NCBI GenBank assembly: GCA_965204735.1
Contig: OZ242008.1
Span: forward strand, 2,688,001 to 2,752,000
DNA length: 64,000 nucleotides
Reading direction: 5' to 3'
From: Longimicrobiales bacterium
Lineage (GTDB): Bacteria; Gemmatimonadota; Gemmatimonadetes; Longimicrobiales; Gaopeijiaceae
The stretch's first letter is position 1; each line of letters starts with the position of its first letter. The notes below the pieces were generated by a model, which was not told where the DNA came from, made no database searches, and worked only from the letters and a program-made list of their open reading frames with translations. Positions 62,154 to 64,000 of this stretch are shown piece after piece. The translations under genes were made by a program, and so were the position numbers.

Positions 62154-62600
62154 CTACTGCTCGCCAATCTCCTCCGTGCCTCGGTTGATCTGCGCCAGGA
62201 GCCGCTCTTCCCTTGCAAGCATGGATTCCTCCATTTCCCCGATCTGTGCCAAGAGTCGCTCCTCCAGTTCCCCCATCAGCACCAAGAGTAGCTCCTTGGT
62301 TGCTTGGTTGGAATCCCTCAGTTCGACGATGTCTTCCTTTACTTCACGGAGGATGTCCTCCTTTACCTGACGGATCTGCGTCTCCAGCCGGTCCTCCATT
62401 CGGTTGAGCTGGCCCAGGAAGATCGCGAGGAAGACGCCGAGCGCGGCAACAACCGAGACCAAAATGACCACCGGGGTATTCACGACATTCCATGCGGCAG
62501 TCCAGGCTTTCCCTTCCCCACGACCATCCTGCTCGCCCTGACTCGGCACTGTGGTTTCCGGCGACCTTCCCTCGGACGCTCGATCGTTCGCAGTCCTCAT
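62154..62600 (-). CDS. Single-TM coiled-coil protein
   Basis: TM segment followed by heptad repeats (VKEDI x2, EERLLAQI x2); GGAGG SD; lower GC. Confidence 0.7.
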   Translation of the reverse strand: MRTANDRASEGRSPETTVPSQGEQDGRGEGKAWTAAWNVVNTPVVILVSVVAALGVFLAIFLGQLNRMEDRLETQIRQVKEDILREVKEDIVELRDSNQATKELLLVLMGELEERLLAQIGEMEESMLAREERLLAQINRGTEEIGEQ

Positions 62601-62726
62601 TCTCGCTGCCTCCTCCCGTTCGGTTCAGGATGTTGGGCGCTCCGACATTCGCGAGCCTTCAGTGGAGCGCCGAGGGCTGGAAGATGGCGACGCGGGCTGT
62701 CGTCACGCAACAGATGCCCGTCGCTG

Positions 62727-63878
62727 CTACGACGGCAGTCCGGCAATGTCGTACCACGCCACTGCGCGCTGGTCGATCCCTCGGGTGTCGTCGGGGAGAG
62801 GCCGGCGCTCGGTCACGACGGCCAGGGCGTCGCCCAGCACGTCGAAGCCGACCACCCGGCTCGACACTCGCACCGTACCGACGTAGTTGGAGCGTACGTA
62901 GAGCTCGAAGTACGAGAACTCGTCCCGGTCCCTGCTCGTCACGACCCACAGCCTGCCGGAGTCGTCGACCATGGGACCGAGGAACGACCACTGCTTCGCC
63001 TTCCGGCGGAAGGCTTCCACGTCGGCGTCGGTGAGGTCTCCCCGGAACGACCCCCGTCGCGCGTCCACGAATTCGTCCACGTCCCGTTGGTTGGGAAGCT
63101 CGCCTGCGTAGGCAGGGCGCTGGAGCACCACCGTGGAGTCGCCGTCTCGGTCGGGAAAGAGGACGAGCTGGCCGTCGCAGGCCGTGAACACCACGCCTCC
63201 GTCCGGCGTCGCGGCCCCGAATGCCGAGCCTCGAAGCTGCAAGCCGTCGCTGGCGGCAGCATCGTCGCATCCGGGGTAGGCAAGGTCTCTCGGGAAGGCT
63301 CGCTCCCACGTCGTTTCCCCGTCAGCCTCGTCGATCTGCACTTGGCGGAACTCCAGGCCGGCGCCGTCGATGCGCAGGTAGTGGCCGTCCAGGACCGCGT
63401 CCATCGGCCCCTTCGGGGTGAAGAGACTCGGAAGCCGCGTCTCGGACACGCGCTCGCCCGTAGGTCGGAAGGCGGTGAGCCGGTTCAAGCTTCCGTCCAC
63501 GACCGCCACCGAGCCCTGCGGCCCGCGAACGACGGATTGGATGCTGGCGAACTCTCCCGGCCCCTCGCCTTGCCGCCCCCACACCTCGGCCGGACGCCCG
63601 TCGCGATGCAGGCAGTGAATCCGAACGAAGTAGGAATCGACCACGCAGGCAACGCCCTCCGAGACCAGCGCCACGCTCGAAACCGCGCTGGCGGGAGCCT
63701 CGACTTCGGCGACAGGCGCACCGACCAGCAAGAGGCGCTCCTCCACCGCGCCGCCCCCGCAGCCCACGATCGCCGCCAAGGCCGTCAGGACCTGGACGGC
63801 GACATGGGCGCGAGTGCACTCCGGCACGATGGCTGCCGGCGCGCGGCTCAGGCGGGCGTGCAGAACTCTGCCATTCAT
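62727..63878 (-). CDS. Beta-propeller lipoprotein
   Basis: IVGC lipobox, WGRQGEGPGEF. Start uncertain. Confidence 0.75.
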   Translation of the reverse strand: MNGRVLHARLSRAPAAIVPECTRAHVAVQVLTALAAIVGCGGGAVEERLLLVGAPVAEVEAPASAVSSVALVSEGVACVVDSYFVRIHCLHRDGRPAEVWGRQGEGPGEFASIQSVVRGPQGSVAVVDGSLNRLTAFRPTGERVSETRLPSLFTPKGPMDAVLDGHYLRIDGAGLEFRQVQIDEADGETTWERAFPRDLAYPGCDDAAASDGLQLRGSAFGAATPDGGVVFTACDGQLVLFPDRDGDSTVVLQRPAYAGELPNQRDVDEFVDARRGSFRGDLTDADVEAFRRKAKQWSFLGPMVDDSGRLWVVTSRDRDEFSYFELYVRSNYVGTVRVSSRVVGFDVLGDALAVVTERRPLPDDTRGIDQRAVAWYDIAGLPS

Positions 63879-64000
63879 GCCTGGTAGGCGGGACGTAATG
63901 GACTTGGGACGCGAATTGCCTAAATGTAATCGTTTCGTCACATTTCGAATCGTCCTGTAAGATCTTTCCCGCAACCGAAAGCGACTTGGATGCATCGGTC

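Overview
High-GC bacterial chromosomal window. Gene content (MacAB-TolC, TonB receptors, carboxypeptidase-regulatory-domain surface proteins, many beta-propeller lipoproteins) resembles Gemmatimonadota; this is inference only. The left ~10 kb is a defence locus: a class I DISARM-like operon with an N6-adenine methyltransferase (truncated at the window edge), a translationally coupled ABC/AAA ATPase with degenerate Walker B and H-loop motifs, and a single 1731-aa DrmA-DrmB fusion. No drmC follows; instead there is a small ORF with its own promoter and a Fic protein. The rest is mostly core or accessory metabolism: a tandem-duplicated propeller lipoprotein pair, EamA, S10/S9/M24 peptidases, GT4, a metH-yitJ-metF-like cluster, thrC, two ECF sigma cassettes flanking a MacAB-TolC system, HNH, priA, ccmH, a TonB-receptor/lipoprotein cassette, tRNA-Ala(TGC), HDAC, carB and a MetS-like small protein. 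Short local duplications recur across the window: at least six lie over or next to start codons, several are in-frame inside housekeeping genes, and one is a 7x20-bp VNTR in a divergent promoter. Start codons were chosen by eye. Product calls come from recognised motifs, not from database searches.
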